Of a stretch of 64,000 bases of DNA, positions 1 to 10,715 are shown piece by piece (the stretch's first letter is position 1; each line of letters opens with the position of its first letter). The stretch is taken from the NCBI GenBank assembly GCA_003215055.1, contig QCKW01000004.1, positions 990 through 64,989 of the forward strand, written 5' to 3'. Made by a program: the position numbers and the translations under genes. The notes beneath the pieces are model-generated. The model saw nothing but the letters and a program-made list of their open reading frames with translations, did no database searches and had not been told where the DNA came from. Source of the stretch: Pelagibacteraceae bacterium AG-410-N23. GTDB lineage: Bacteria; Pseudomonadota; Alphaproteobacteria; Pelagibacterales; Pelagibacteraceae.

Positions 1-1845
1 ATAAAAATAGTTATCCAAATAACCTCGTATTGAAAATATTTTTTAGCAACATTTTCGACAAATCCAATACCAGTTGTTCCTGCCAAGAATTCAGCTGCAA
101 CCAATGTTCCCCAACACATTCCAACTGCAACTCTTATTCCTGTTAATATTTCAGGCAAGGAATTAGGAAAAATGACATATCTCAATATTTGTTTTTTAGA
201 TGCACCTAAAGAGTGAGCAGCATGAATTTTTGATAATTGAGTACCTGATGCACCAGCTCTTGCTGAAATAATCATAATAGATAATGATACCATGAATAAA
301 AGGAAAACTTTTCCAGTATTATCAATTCCCAAAACAGAGATGATAAGAGGAGCCCATGCCAATGGAGGAACTGGTCTGTAAAGTTCAATAAGAGGATCAA
401 AGAAACCTTTAGCAAATCTATTTAGTCCCATAAATAAACCCAATGGAACACCAATAATAATTCCAAAAACTAATCCTAAAAAAAACTCTCATGAACGAGT
501 CCCATATATGACCATAGGGAACAGGTACTTTTAATAATTTAAAGTCTCCAGTCACAATTTTTAAAACTGCACCTTTGAAGTTTTGTTTAACAACTCCTTC
601 TTTATTATGAATTGGATATTCGCCAGGCAGTATATCTGCTATCCAATCAGGTAAAATAAAACCAACTACATTACTTATATCAACCATTTTTATCCATAGA
701 AGAGGAATATCTTTATAACCAACACTTGGTTTAGACATCAGAATAAATTTGTTAAAAGTATCTGAAGGTTTGGGAAGCCATCTACCAGAACCTTGTTCTG
801 AACAACTCGGTCCACTCGCAACAATTGTCCCAGCTGGAAATAAAAAAATATCGATAAATCTTAAACCACCTTGAGCTTGTATTTGTGCATTATCAAACTT
901 AACAATTGCATTTTGCATTTTATTTAATGCATTTGGTGGATAAATACTCGCAAACTCTATTCTTCTTGCAATTTTGACAATATTTTTAGCATATGTAGAA
1001 GCTATTTCTTCACTTTCACTCAAATCATTTCTGTATGCTTTAATTTCATCTTTAATTTCTTTAATTTTATTTTTGAACTCTGGATTATGGTTTCTTAGTT
1101 TGAAAAATTCATCACTAATTAAATTTAACTCTTGAGCTGCAGCATGAAATTTTAAACCTCTGTTTGTAGCTGGCACCAGAGGTACTTCTAACGTATTTTC
1201 AATACTTCCTGAACCTGCATCAATCTTTGTAATACCCCAACCACCTTCTTCACTTACAGCCTTTAGCCTTTCGTTTAGCTCTTGTTCTGTTTCAAATGGA
1301 TAATCAGGTTTTTGAAAATTTTCAGTTAAAAGATTAATCTTTCCAGTTATATCTTCAATTTTTTCTCTAGTTTCATTTTCAAGTAAATCCTCATTAGTTA
1401 ATAAAGGAATTAATTGATTTGTTTTATCTATAAAGTTAACAAGAATTGTTTTTTGTTCATTATTTAGCTCTTTAGAATTCTTTATCTCAATTGATAGTTT
1501 TTTAAGATTTTTATTTTCTTTTTTTATTTGAGAAGTGCTTTTGAACTCTCTTTCTTCTATTGGAAATTGATATTTTAAACCTAATAAAGAGTCATTTACT
1601 TTTCCTACTTGGCATAGCTCATTAGCAGATTTTGGATAAAAACCTTTTGCGATATCCCAAGAATAATAAAGCCAAATTAAAAGAAGAAAACTACTCCCAA
1701 CAATAACCCAATGAGTTCCACCTAGTGCCCTTTCAGGATTTCCAAAAACTGCATCAACTTTTTCAGTTTTGATTAAGCGTCTGCCATAAAGGATACAGCC
1801 GACGACAGCAAAGAATATTAAAAAAGTTACTATCTGTGTTAACAT
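1..1845 (-). CDS. tauC: Taurine ABC transporter permease with large N-terminal extracytoplasmic domain; apparent +1 frameshift at A8 tract 478-485; runs off window start
   Basis: ORF 418-1845 ends ..HIWDSFMRVFF. Removing one base continues it as MRVFLGLVFGIIIGVPLGLFMGLNRFAKGFFDPLIELYRPVPPLAWAP..AAHSLGAS..VIFPNSLPEILTGIRVAVG, a TauC/SsuC permease core. Lies downstream of tauAB. Confidence 0.85.
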
Positions 1846-2643
1846 TTAATTTTCTTTCCCCATGATTTCTTCTTCCATATTCCAAATCATTTCTAAAATT
1901 TCTTCTCGTTTTGCAGAAAAATCTTTATCTTTCTTAATTTCTCTTAAATCTTGTTTAAGACCCATTGAAGCGAATGGAAGATTGTATTCTTTATGTATCC
2001 GTCCTGGTCGAGGAGCCATAACATATAATCTTTCACCAAGTAATAAAGCTTCTTCTACTGAGTGAGTGATTAAAATAATTGTTTTTCCTGTTTCTTTCCA
2101 AATTTTTAAAACTAATGACTGCATCTTTTCTCTTGTTAAAGCATCAAGTGCTCCCAAAGGTTCATCCATAAGAATTAAATCTGGATCATTAATTAAACAT
2201 CTTGCAAGAGCAACTCTTTGCTGCATTCCTCCAGATAGTTGGTATGTCGGTGTGTTACCAAATCCCTTTAGTCCAACAATTTCTAACCATTCATCAACTT
2301 TTTTTTGAGTTTCAATTGGATCATTATTTTTCATTCTAAGACCAAAATTTACATTTTCAGCTACTGTCAGCCATTCAAACAAAGCTCCTTGTTGAAAAAC
2401 CATTCCTCTTTCAACACCTGGACCATCAATCTCTTTATTATTTAATGTAATATTTCCTGATGTTGGTCTTATAAAACCTGCTGTGATATTTAATAATGTT
2501 GTTTTACCACAACCTGATGGACCAAGAACCGTGAGAAGTTCTCCTTTTTTTAAAGTAAAATTTAAATCTTTTAAAGCGTGAACAGTCTCTCCTTTTGGAG
2601 TTTTAAAAATCATGTTTAGATTTTGAGAAACTAAATCACTCAT
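1846..2643 (-). CDS. tauB: Taurine ABC transporter ATP-binding protein
   Basis: Walker A GPSGCGKT, LSGGMQQR signature, ILMDEP Walker B; TauB/SsuB-like. Confidence 0.9.
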   Translation of the reverse strand: MSDLVSQNLNMIFKTPKGETVHALKDLNFTLKKGELLTVLGPSGCGKTTLLNITAGFIRPTSGNITLNNKEIDGPGVERGMVFQQGALFEWLTVAENVNFGLRMKNNDPIETQKKVDEWLEIVGLKGFGNTPTYQLSGGMQQRVALARCLINDPDLILMDEPLGALDALTREKMQSLVLKIWKETGKTIILITHSVEEALLLGERLYVMAPRPGRIHKEYNLPFASMGLKQDLREIKKDKDFSAKREEILEMIWNMEEEIMGKEN

Positions 2644-2669
2644 TAAATACCTTATATTAGAAATCTTTT

Positions 2670-2708
2670 AAAAAAAATAGGCACCAATTTTTTAAGTTGG
2701 CGCCTATT
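2670..2708 (-). terminator. Stem-loop with U-tract between tauA and tauB
   Basis: AATAGGCACCAA..TTGGCGCCTATT inverted repeat, preceded on + by an A-run (U-tract on -). Confidence 0.65.
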
Positions 2709-2730
2709 AAATTTTTCTTTCTCTATTTAA

Positions 2731-3672
2731 TTATAGAGGTAAGAAACTAGTGTCTACGTTTCCTCTTGGTGTTCCCATTCCTTTTAAGAATGCGTCAAGA
2801 TTTCCTTTAGTCATAGATTGTTTAGTTTCTTCAGGTGTTAAGAATTTAAAACCACTTAAAGTTTCTTTCATATCACCAACTTTCATCTCTGAAGCTTTAG
2901 CCATAACATTCATGTTGCTTTTACCAGCTTTGTATCTAGCATTTGCTTCATGAGTTACTTCTATAAAAGTTCTTAGCATTTCAGGATTTTCCTTCATAAA
3001 CTTTGTAGTTACAGAAGTTATATCTATTCCTAAGATACCAGCATCTCTTGCTTCTTGCACTGTAAGTAATCTTGAACCTACAGCAGTTGCAGCTTTAATA
3101 GAGTTACCACCAAATAAACATGCCATTACAACATCACCACTTACTAAAGCAGCAGCTCCCTCTTCAGGATCCATTTGAATAATATCCATTTTTTTTCTGT
3201 CAGCTCCAACAACTTTCATACTTTCATCGAAAACATACTCAGCCATTGTTCCTAGTGGAACAGCAACTTTTTTACCCTCTAACTCAGTAGCATTGGCTTT
3301 TGTAATTCCAGAAGCGTTAGAAGTAACACAAGTTGTTCCTCCCATTCCGTATTCCATAGCAATATCTACAAGTTTGATAGGTGCTTTAGATTTAACAGCA
3401 TTAATAAAAGGCACTAAACCTTGTGAGTAAGAAATATCAATATCTCCTGCTAACATTGCATCTGTCATAGCTCCACCATTGGTGAAGTTTGTCCATTTTA
3501 CTGGAACGCCTAAAGCTTTTGCAAAATTTTTCTTCTGCATGTCTTCTAAGTTTGGACTTGGCCATTCTAAGAAATAAGCAACTCTAACTTCGTTAGCAGC
3601 TGCGTTTGCAGTTGCGATTGATAAGTTAAGAGCTACAAAACATCCTAGAATAAAACTAATTATTTTTTTCAT
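2731..3672 (-). CDS. tauA: Taurine ABC transporter substrate-binding protein
   Basis: Signal peptide; VAYFLEWP motif and NMT1/SsuA-like features (GKKVAVPLGT); first gene of ABC operon. Confidence 0.85.
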   Translation of the reverse strand: MKKIISFILGCFVALNLSIATANAAANEVRVAYFLEWPSPNLEDMQKKNFAKALGVPVKWTNFTNGGAMTDAMLAGDIDISYSQGLVPFINAVKSKAPIKLVDIAMEYGMGGTTCVTSNASGITKANATELEGKKVAVPLGTMAEYVFDESMKVVGADRKKMDIIQMDPEEGAAALVSGDVVMACLFGGNSIKAATAVGSRLLTVQEARDAGILGIDITSVTTKFMKENPEMLRTFIEVTHEANARYKAGKSNMNVMAKASEMKVGDMKETLSGFKFLTPEETKQSMTKGNLDAFLKGMGTPRGNVDTSFLPL

Positions 3673-3855
3673 TTATTCCTCTTAGTTGATTATTTATATG
3701 TTGTAAGTTTAAGATTAAATTAGCATAGATGTAAAACAAAAAAGTGTCTAGTTTGATACACAACTTAAGGTTGCGTCAATTATTTTTGTGGTTAATTGCC
3801 CTTATTTAGTCTAAAGAATCTTTTTAAGACTATTTAATAAAATTTAAAAAAAATT

Positions 3856-5202
3856 ATGAGCTCTGAAAATCGCACATCAGTTCCAAATTCATTAAATGAA
3901 CATTGGATGCCATTTACATCTAATAAAGATTTTAAAGAAAATCCAAAATTAATAGTGGAGGCAAAAGGTGTTTACTTAAAAAACCATCAAGGTAAAACGC
4001 AAATCGATGCGAGCTCTGGATTATTTTGTAATCCTTTAGGACACGGAAGAAAAGAAATTATAGAAGCAATTACAAATCAATTAAACACTTTAGACTACTG
4101 TCAACCATTTCAACAAGGTTTTGGAGGATCATTTGAATTAGCAACAAGAATCTCAAAACATACTCCAGGAAACTTAAACAAAATTTTTTATACAATTTGT
4201 GGATCAACTGCAGTTGAAACCGCAATAAAAATTAGTATTGCATATCACAAAGCGAGAGGTGAAGGACAAAGATTTAGATTTGTCGGAAGAGAGCGTGCGT
4301 ATCACGGTATGAATATTGGAGCAACTTCAGTTGGAGGTATGATTAATAATGTCAAAGCTTATGCAAGTGTTTTAATGCCAGGTGTGGTGCATATGAGACA
4401 TACACATTTAGATGAACATAAATTTATCTCGGGTCAACCTGAGACAGGAGTAGAAATTGCAAATGATTTAGAGAGAATTTGTACAAATTTCGGCTCAGAG
4501 AATATTGCAGCATGTATAGTTGAACCGATCGCTGGATCTACTGGAACATTAGTTCCTCCGGTGGGATATTTACAAAGACTTAGAGAGCTGTGCGATAAAC
4601 ATAAAATACTTTTGATTTTTGACGAAGTTATTACAGGTTGGGGAAGAACTGGCTCAGCATTTGGGGCACAAGAATTTGGAGTAACTCCCGATATAATGAC
4701 TATGGCAAAGGCAACTACAAACGGCATAGTTCCATTTGGTGTTGTTGCATGTAAAGAAGAAATTTACGATGCAGTAATGGACAACTCTCCAAAAGGAGCA
4801 ATCGAACTGTTCCATGGTTACACTTACTCAGGAATACCTGTTTCTGTTGCAGCAGCGTTAGCGGTGCAAAATATTTTTGAAAAAGATGATATTTTCAAAA
4901 GAGCAAAAGAACTAGCTCCTTATTTCCAAGAAGGCTTATTTTCTTTAAAAGATATTGACGTCGTCGATAATATAAGAGGTTACGGGATGATGGGCGGTAT
5001 TGATATTAAAACTGATGGCAGACCAGGTAAAGCAGGTTTAGCAACTTTTAAACATTGCTATGATGCAGGAGTTAATTTCAAAGCTACTGGCGATTGTCTA
5101 ATTATTGCACCAATGTTTATCTGTGAAAAAAAACATATTGATGAAATTATTGAAAAACTGAGAACTGGAATTACTAACTACGCCAAAAGCAAAAAAAATT
5201 AA
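3856..5202 (+). CDS. Class III PLP omega-amino acid:pyruvate aminotransferase, probably taurine transaminating
   Basis: HWMPFT N-terminus, IFDEVITGWGRTG, PLP lysine in TMAKA, HGYTYSG; divergent from tauABC and directly upstream of ald. Confidence 0.85.
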   Translation: MSSENRTSVPNSLNEHWMPFTSNKDFKENPKLIVEAKGVYLKNHQGKTQIDASSGLFCNPLGHGRKEIIEAITNQLNTLDYCQPFQQGFGGSFELATRISKHTPGNLNKIFYTICGSTAVETAIKISIAYHKARGEGQRFRFVGRERAYHGMNIGATSVGGMINNVKAYASVLMPGVVHMRHTHLDEHKFISGQPETGVEIANDLERICTNFGSENIAACIVEPIAGSTGTLVPPVGYLQRLRELCDKHKILLIFDEVITGWGRTGSAFGAQEFGVTPDIMTMAKATTNGIVPFGVVACKEEIYDAVMDNSPKGAIELFHGYTYSGIPVSVAAALAVQNIFEKDDIFKRAKELAPYFQEGLFSLKDIDVVDNIRGYGMMGGIDIKTDGRPGKAGLATFKHCYDAGVNFKATGDCLIIAPMFICEKKHIDEIIEKLRTGITNYAKSKKN

Positions 5203-5211
5203 ATTTCACTA

Positions 5212-6324
5212 ATGAGAATTGGTGTTCCAAAAGAAATAAAACCACAAGAAAATCGAATTGGTTTAACTCCTGATAGTGTAAAAACACTCGTATCTGAGGG
5301 TCATCAAGTTTTAGTTGAAAACAATGGCGGTTTCGAAGCAGGTTTTGAAAACGATCAATTTATAAAAGCTGGAGCTAAAATTGCTAAAAGCGCAGAAGAT
5401 ATTTTTAACGACTCAGATATAATTGTTAAAGTTAAAGAACCTCAAAAGGTTGAGGTAGATATGATTAGAGAAAATCAAATTATATATACCTACCTTCACT
5501 TGGCAGCTGCAAAAGAATTGACTGAGGGGTTAATTAAATCAAAAAGTATAAATATTGCGTATGAAACTGTAACAGACAATAATGGAAGACTTCCATTACT
5601 TGCACCAATGAGTGCGGTTGCAGGTCGAATGTCTGTTCAAGCGGGTGCACATTGTTTAGAAAAAAACCAAAAAGGTAGAGGAGTATTATTAGGTGGCGCA
5701 CCAGGTGGAGAGCCTGCAAATGTTTTAATTCTTGGTGGTGGTGTAGTAGGAGAAAATGCTGCAATAATAGCTACCGGTATGAGAGCTAAGGTTCATATTG
5801 TGGATAAATCTGAAGTTAGATTAAAACAGTTAGTTGAAATATTTGGTGAAAAAATTACCCCAGAACAAAGTGATAAAATAGATTTAAATAAATTAGTAGC
5901 TGAAGCAGATTTAGTGGTAGGTGGAGTTTTAATTCCAGGGGCTGAGGCACCGAAATTGGTGACTAAGGATATGTTGAAATTGATGAAAAGAGGATCAGTG
6001 ATTGTTGATGTTGCGATTGATCAGGGTGGATGTGTTGAAACAAGTAAACCAACAACTCATGGAGATCCAACATATATTGTTGATGATGTTGTTCATTATT
6101 GTGTTGCAAACATGCCTGGTGGGGTTCCAAGAACTTCTACTTTTGCTTTAAATCAAGCCACACTTCCTTATTTAGTAAAACTTGCAAACAAAGGTTATCA
6201 AAAAGCTTTAAAAGATGATAAAAATTTTTTAGCAGGACTAAATGTTTGTAAAGGACAAGTGACATATAAAGCTGTTGCAGATGTTTTTGGCCATGAATAT
6301 GTTGATCCTACGTCAGCTCTTTAA
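5212..6324 (+). CDS. ald: Alanine dehydrogenase
   Basis: MRIGVPKEIKPQENR, VDVAIDQGGCVETS, HYCVANMPG. Confidence 0.95.
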   Translation: MRIGVPKEIKPQENRIGLTPDSVKTLVSEGHQVLVENNGGFEAGFENDQFIKAGAKIAKSAEDIFNDSDIIVKVKEPQKVEVDMIRENQIIYTYLHLAAAKELTEGLIKSKSINIAYETVTDNNGRLPLLAPMSAVAGRMSVQAGAHCLEKNQKGRGVLLGGAPGGEPANVLILGGGVVGENAAIIATGMRAKVHIVDKSEVRLKQLVEIFGEKITPEQSDKIDLNKLVAEADLVVGGVLIPGAEAPKLVTKDMLKLMKRGSVIVDVAIDQGGCVETSKPTTHGDPTYIVDDVVHYCVANMPGGVPRTSTFALNQATLPYLVKLANKGYQKALKDDKNFLAGLNVCKGQVTYKAVADVFGHEYVDPTSAL

Positions 6325-7328
6325 CCATAATAATTTAAATACCAATTTAAAAATTTTTGAATTCCATCTTGATATTTAGTTTTAGGGTTATAACCAGTTA
6401 TTCTTTTTAATAGGCTAGTATCTGATAAAGTCGAAAATACATCACCTTTTTGCATAGGCATAAATTTTTTAATAGCCTTTTTTTTCAATTTTTTTTCAAG
6501 AGTATTTATAAAATCTAAAAGAAGAATTTTTTTTGTATTTCCAATATTGAGAACCCTAAAAGGTGCAACATTTGACAAGCTATCATTTTTATATTTTTTT
6601 GAGTTATTTATTTTAGGAGCTTTGTTGGTTAATTTAAATACACCATCAACAATATCATCAACATAGGTATAATCTCTGTACATTTTTCCTTTATTGTAAA
6701 TGTCTATTTTTTTTCCATTAATAATATTTTTAGTAAATTTAAAGTAAGCCATATCGGGTCGACCCCAGGGACCGTAAACAGTAAAAAATCTTAATATTGT
6801 TATAGGTAATTTCCATAGACTAGAGTATGAATGAGCTAAGTTTTCTGTTGATTTTTTTGTAGCAGCATAAAGGCTAACTTGATTATCAGTTTTATCAATT
6901 TCTTGGAAAGGGAATTTCTTATTAGATCCATAAACTGAAGAACTTGATCCAATCATAAGGTGCTTAACTTTTAATTTTTTTGCAACTTCAATCAAATTAT
7001 AAGTTCCGATAATATTTGAATTTAGATAAACTTTTGGACTTTTAATACTATATCTCACTCCAGCCTGAGCGGCTAAATGAATAATTATTGATGGTTTAAA
7101 TCTAATTATTGATTTATTTAAAATTTTTTGATTTTCAAGATTTCCTTTAATAAAAGAAAAATTTTTATAATTTTTAAGAATTTTTAATCTAGATTTTTTT
7201 AAACCCACATCATAATAATTATTCATCGAGTCAAATCCACAAACTTTAAAACCTTTGTCTAAATATCTCTTTGAAACATGAAAGCCTATAAAACCAGAAG
7301 ATCCAGTAATAAAAATTTTTGTTTTCAT
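6321..7328 (-). CDS. NAD-dependent UDP-glucuronate 4-epimerase-like protein
   Basis: TGSSGFIG, HLAAQAGVRYS, YAATK, RFFTVYGPWGRPDMA. Confidence 0.9.
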   Translation of the reverse strand: MKTKIFITGSSGFIGFHVSKRYLDKGFKVCGFDSMNNYYDVGLKKSRLKILKNYKNFSFIKGNLENQKILNKSIIRFKPSIIIHLAAQAGVRYSIKSPKVYLNSNIIGTYNLIEVAKKLKVKHLMIGSSSSVYGSNKKFPFQEIDKTDNQVSLYAATKKSTENLAHSYSSLWKLPITILRFFTVYGPWGRPDMAYFKFTKNIINGKKIDIYNKGKMYRDYTYVDDIVDGVFKLTNKAPKINNSKKYKNDSLSNVAPFRVLNIGNTKKILLLDFINTLEKKLKKKAIKKFMPMQKGDVFSTLSDTSLLKRITGYNPKTKYQDGIQKFLNWYLNYYG

Positions 7329-7357
7329 TTTTTTCTAATATTTAATATAACACTAAA

Positions 7358-9802
7358 GTGAATAAAGAAATTCCTAAAACAACTAAAGTAGTAGTAATTG
7401 GTGGTGGTGTAGTTGGCTGTTCTGTCGCTTATCATTTAGCTAAGTTTGGATGGAAAGATACAGTTCTTTTTGAGAGAGATCAATTAACTTCTGGAACTAC
7501 TTGGCATGCCGCTGGTTTAGTCAGTCAATTAGGCCCAACTGCTGCAATAACAAAAATAAGAAAATATACTTTAGATTTATATAAAAAACTTGAGAAAGAA
7601 GTTGATCATTCTGCAGGACTAAGATTAAACGGTGCTCTTTCAATTGCACAAAACAAAGGAAGATGGCAAGAACTTCAAAGACAAGCAACTACAGCTCAGC
7701 TTTATGATGTTGATGTTAGAATTCTAGACAAAGATCAAATCAAAAAAGACTATCCAATCATTAACACTGATGACGTAATAGGTGGAATTTTAATGCCTGG
7801 TGATGGTGCGGCAGACCCTTCAGGTGTAACGCATATGCTTGCAAAAGGTGCAAGAATGGAAGGTGCTCAAATTTTTGAAAAATCACCAGTTGAAGAAATT
7901 TTAACTAAAGATGGAAAAATTTCTGGAGTAAAAGTTAACGGACAAATAGTTGAATGCGAATATATTGTTTTAGCTTCAGGAATGTGGTCAAGACAAATAG
8001 GAGAGAAAAATGGAGTAAGCATTCCTCTTTATCCTGCAGAACATTTTTATATAATTACTGAGCCGATAGAAAATTTGTCTAAAACTTTACCAGTGATAAG
8101 AGATTTTGATAATAGTACTTACATTAAAGAAGATGCTGGTAAAATTTTAGTAGGTATTTTTGAGGGAAAATCTATTCCAGCATTTGATAAAACTAGTTTA
8201 GTGCCTGAAGATTTTTCTTTTGGAGAATTTCCTGAAAATTTTGAACATTTTGAACCCTATCTTGCCTCTGCAATTAAAAGGTTTCCAGTTCTAGAAAAAG
8301 CAGGAATAAGAAAATTTTTTGCAGGACCAGAATCTTTTACGCCAGACACTAATACTTTATTAGGTGAGGTACCAGAAATTAAGAATTTCTTTGTATGTTG
8401 TGGTTTAAATAGTATTGGGATCGGAAGTGGGGGAGGTGTTGGAAAAGTCACCGCTGAATGGTTAATGACAGGTCATATTAATCAAGACATATTTAGTTAT
8501 GATATTAAAAGATTTCAAAAATTTCATTCAGATTTAGGTTTTATCAAAAAAAGAATTACCGAAACTTTGGGTGATTTATATGGAATGCACTGGCCGTTTA
8601 AACAACACAAAACTTCAAGAAATATAAAGACACTTCCTTATCACGATAATTTAAAGAGTTTTGGCGCATGTTTCGGTGTTTCAGCAGGTTATGAAAGACC
8701 TATGTGGTTTGCCTTAGACGGTGAAAAATCTGAGTATGAGTACAGTTATAATTATCAAAATTGGTACCCATCAGCAGAATATGAAACTAATAATACAATT
8801 AAAAATATTGGTTTATTTGACTTAACGCCATTTGCAAAGTTTGAGATAAAATCTGAAAAAGCACATAAAGAATTACAAAGAATTTGTACTGCAAATATCA
8901 AAAATGAGATTGGTAAATGTACATATACTCATATGTTAAATAGTGATGGTGGTATTGAGACTGATTTAACAGTTGTTTGTGTTGACAAAGATCACTTCAG
9001 AATAATTAGTTCAGCAGCAACAAGAGAAAGAGATAAATTTCATATTAATAAACATCTTTCAGAGGGAGTGGAGTTAAAAGATGTAACAGATGATTATTGT
9101 GTATTTGGTTTATTTGGACCAAAAAGCAGAGATTTGATTAAATCGATTTCTTCAGATAATTTTGACAATGAAAACTTTAAATTTGGTACTGCAAAATATA
9201 TTACCATTAATGGAGTTAAAATATGGGCTCAAAGATTATCTTATGTGGGTGAATTAGGTTACGAGTTATATGTTGAATTTGATAAGGCAAAAAAGATCTA
9301 TGAGTTTCTTATTGAAAAAGGAAAAGATTTTAACCTCTCTAATTGTGGTATGCACGCTATGGATATTATGAGAATGGAAAGTGGCTTTTTACATTGGGGA
9401 CATGATATTTCACCTGAAGAAAATCAATATCAAGCTGGTTTATCATTTACGATAAGCAATAAAAAAGGTGTGGATTTTATTGGCAAGCAAGCTTTGGAAA
9501 AAATAAAAAAAGAGAAAATGAAAAGTAGATTTGCAATGTTTACTTTAAAAGATAGTAAACCGGGTGAACCTTTACTTCTTCACGATGAACCAATTTACTT
9601 AGATGATAAAATTATAGGCAGATCCACATCAGGAAATTATTCATTTAATTTTAAGAAAAATTTAACTTTTGGATACATAAACAATCATTTTTCAAATGAG
9701 GAACTTCAAAAAAATAATTTATTTATTGAAGTTGAAAAAAAGAAATATCCTATATCAATTCAACCTGAGCCCTTAAAACGAACAGATTTTAAAAATCAAT
9801 AA
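7358..9802 (+). CDS. GcvT-family FAD-dependent dehydrogenase (dimethylglycine/sarcosine dehydrogenase-like)
   Basis: GGGVVG FAD motif, SGTTWHAAG, GPESFTPD, C-terminal folate-binding domain with SYVGELGYEL. Confidence 0.9.
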   Translation: MNKEIPKTTKVVVIGGGVVGCSVAYHLAKFGWKDTVLFERDQLTSGTTWHAAGLVSQLGPTAAITKIRKYTLDLYKKLEKEVDHSAGLRLNGALSIAQNKGRWQELQRQATTAQLYDVDVRILDKDQIKKDYPIINTDDVIGGILMPGDGAADPSGVTHMLAKGARMEGAQIFEKSPVEEILTKDGKISGVKVNGQIVECEYIVLASGMWSRQIGEKNGVSIPLYPAEHFYIITEPIENLSKTLPVIRDFDNSTYIKEDAGKILVGIFEGKSIPAFDKTSLVPEDFSFGEFPENFEHFEPYLASAIKRFPVLEKAGIRKFFAGPESFTPDTNTLLGEVPEIKNFFVCCGLNSIGIGSGGGVGKVTAEWLMTGHINQDIFSYDIKRFQKFHSDLGFIKKRITETLGDLYGMHWPFKQHKTSRNIKTLPYHDNLKSFGACFGVSAGYERPMWFALDGEKSEYEYSYNYQNWYPSAEYETNNTIKNIGLFDLTPFAKFEIKSEKAHKELQRICTANIKNEIGKCTYTHMLNSDGGIETDLTVVCVDKDHFRIISSAATRERDKFHINKHLSEGVELKDVTDDYCVFGLFGPKSRDLIKSISSDNFDNENFKFGTAKYITINGVKIWAQRLSYVGELGYELYVEFDKAKKIYEFLIEKGKDFNLSNCGMHAMDIMRMESGFLHWGHDISPEENQYQAGLSFTISNKKGVDFIGKQALEKIKKEKMKSRFAMFTLKDSKPGEPLLLHDEPIYLDDKIIGRSTSGNYSFNFKKNLTFGYINNHFSNEELQKNNLFIEVEKKKYPISIQPEPLKRTDFKNQ

Positions 9803-10654
9803 TTAAGTCTGTCTTCTTAAAATAAAAACAAAAATTACAGACGTTGCCATCATAATTAATGCATAAGCAGCAGTTGGAACCATGTATGTCATATTAGTAC
9901 CAAATAATTGTATTCCTACAAAAACAGCTAAAGTTCCATTTTGTAGTCCTGCTTCTAAAGATATACATCTTCTTTGAGCAACTCCTGTTGCAAAAAATTT
10001 AGCTATATAAAAAGCCACAATCATCATTGTGACGTTTAAAATAAAAGCAATTAAACCAGCTTTTGTTATGAACATCACAATGCTATCCCATTCCTCAATA
10101 TAGATAGCAATAAACACAATTATGAATAAACCAATAGAAATTTTATTAATGATTTTAATATTATTGATAATAAAATTATCAGCAAATTTTCTAATAATCA
10201 TTCCAATTAAAACTGGTACTGTTACAACAAAAAACATTTTTAAAGATATACCAAGCATTGAAACTTCTTTTTTGACGTATGTAATATCAAATAATTCAAT
10301 TGATAAAAAAACTACATAAGGAACAGAAACAATACTAATTAAACTGGTAATTGCTGTTAAAGATATTGAAAGTGCTACATCGCCATCTGCAAATTTTGTA
10401 AGTACATTAGAAGTCACACCTCCAGGTGCAGCTGCAATCAACATTACACCTAATGCTAATTCAACAGGAGTTCTTAAAATAATTATTAAAAGATATGCAA
10501 TTATTGGAAGTAAAATTAACTGGCAAGATAATCCAACAAAAAATTCTTTGGGATTTTGAAGTACCCTTGTAAAATCTTTTACAGTTAAAGATGCACCCAA
10601 TCCTAGCATGATTAATGCTAAAGCAACCGGTGCTATTGTTGTTACTATACCCAT
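9803..10654 (-). CDS. Bile acid:sodium symporter (BASS) family transporter
   Basis: Multi-TM; APGGVTSN and EAGLQNG motifs. Confidence 0.9.
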   Translation of the reverse strand: MGIVTTIAPVALALIMLGLGASLTVKDFTRVLQNPKEFFVGLSCQLILLPIIAYLLIIILRTPVELALGVMLIAAAPGGVTSNVLTKFADGDVALSISLTAITSLISIVSVPYVVFLSIELFDITYVKKEVSMLGISLKMFFVVTVPVLIGMIIRKFADNFIINNIKIINKISIGLFIIVFIAIYIEEWDSIVMFITKAGLIAFILNVTMMIVAFYIAKFFATGVAQRRCISLEAGLQNGTLAVFVGIQLFGTNMTYMVPTAAYALIMMATSVIFVFILRRQT

Positions 10655-10715
10655 GACCCCTCTGTAAGTTGTAGCACATACAACTTAAAAGATTATTATC
10701 ATTAAATAAAGAAGT

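Noticed and set aside
7329-7357. Glycine or SAM riboswitch ahead of the GcvT-family gene or mtnP
   Set aside because: Upstream spacers are only about 30-40 bp of AT-rich sequence with no room for an aptamer.
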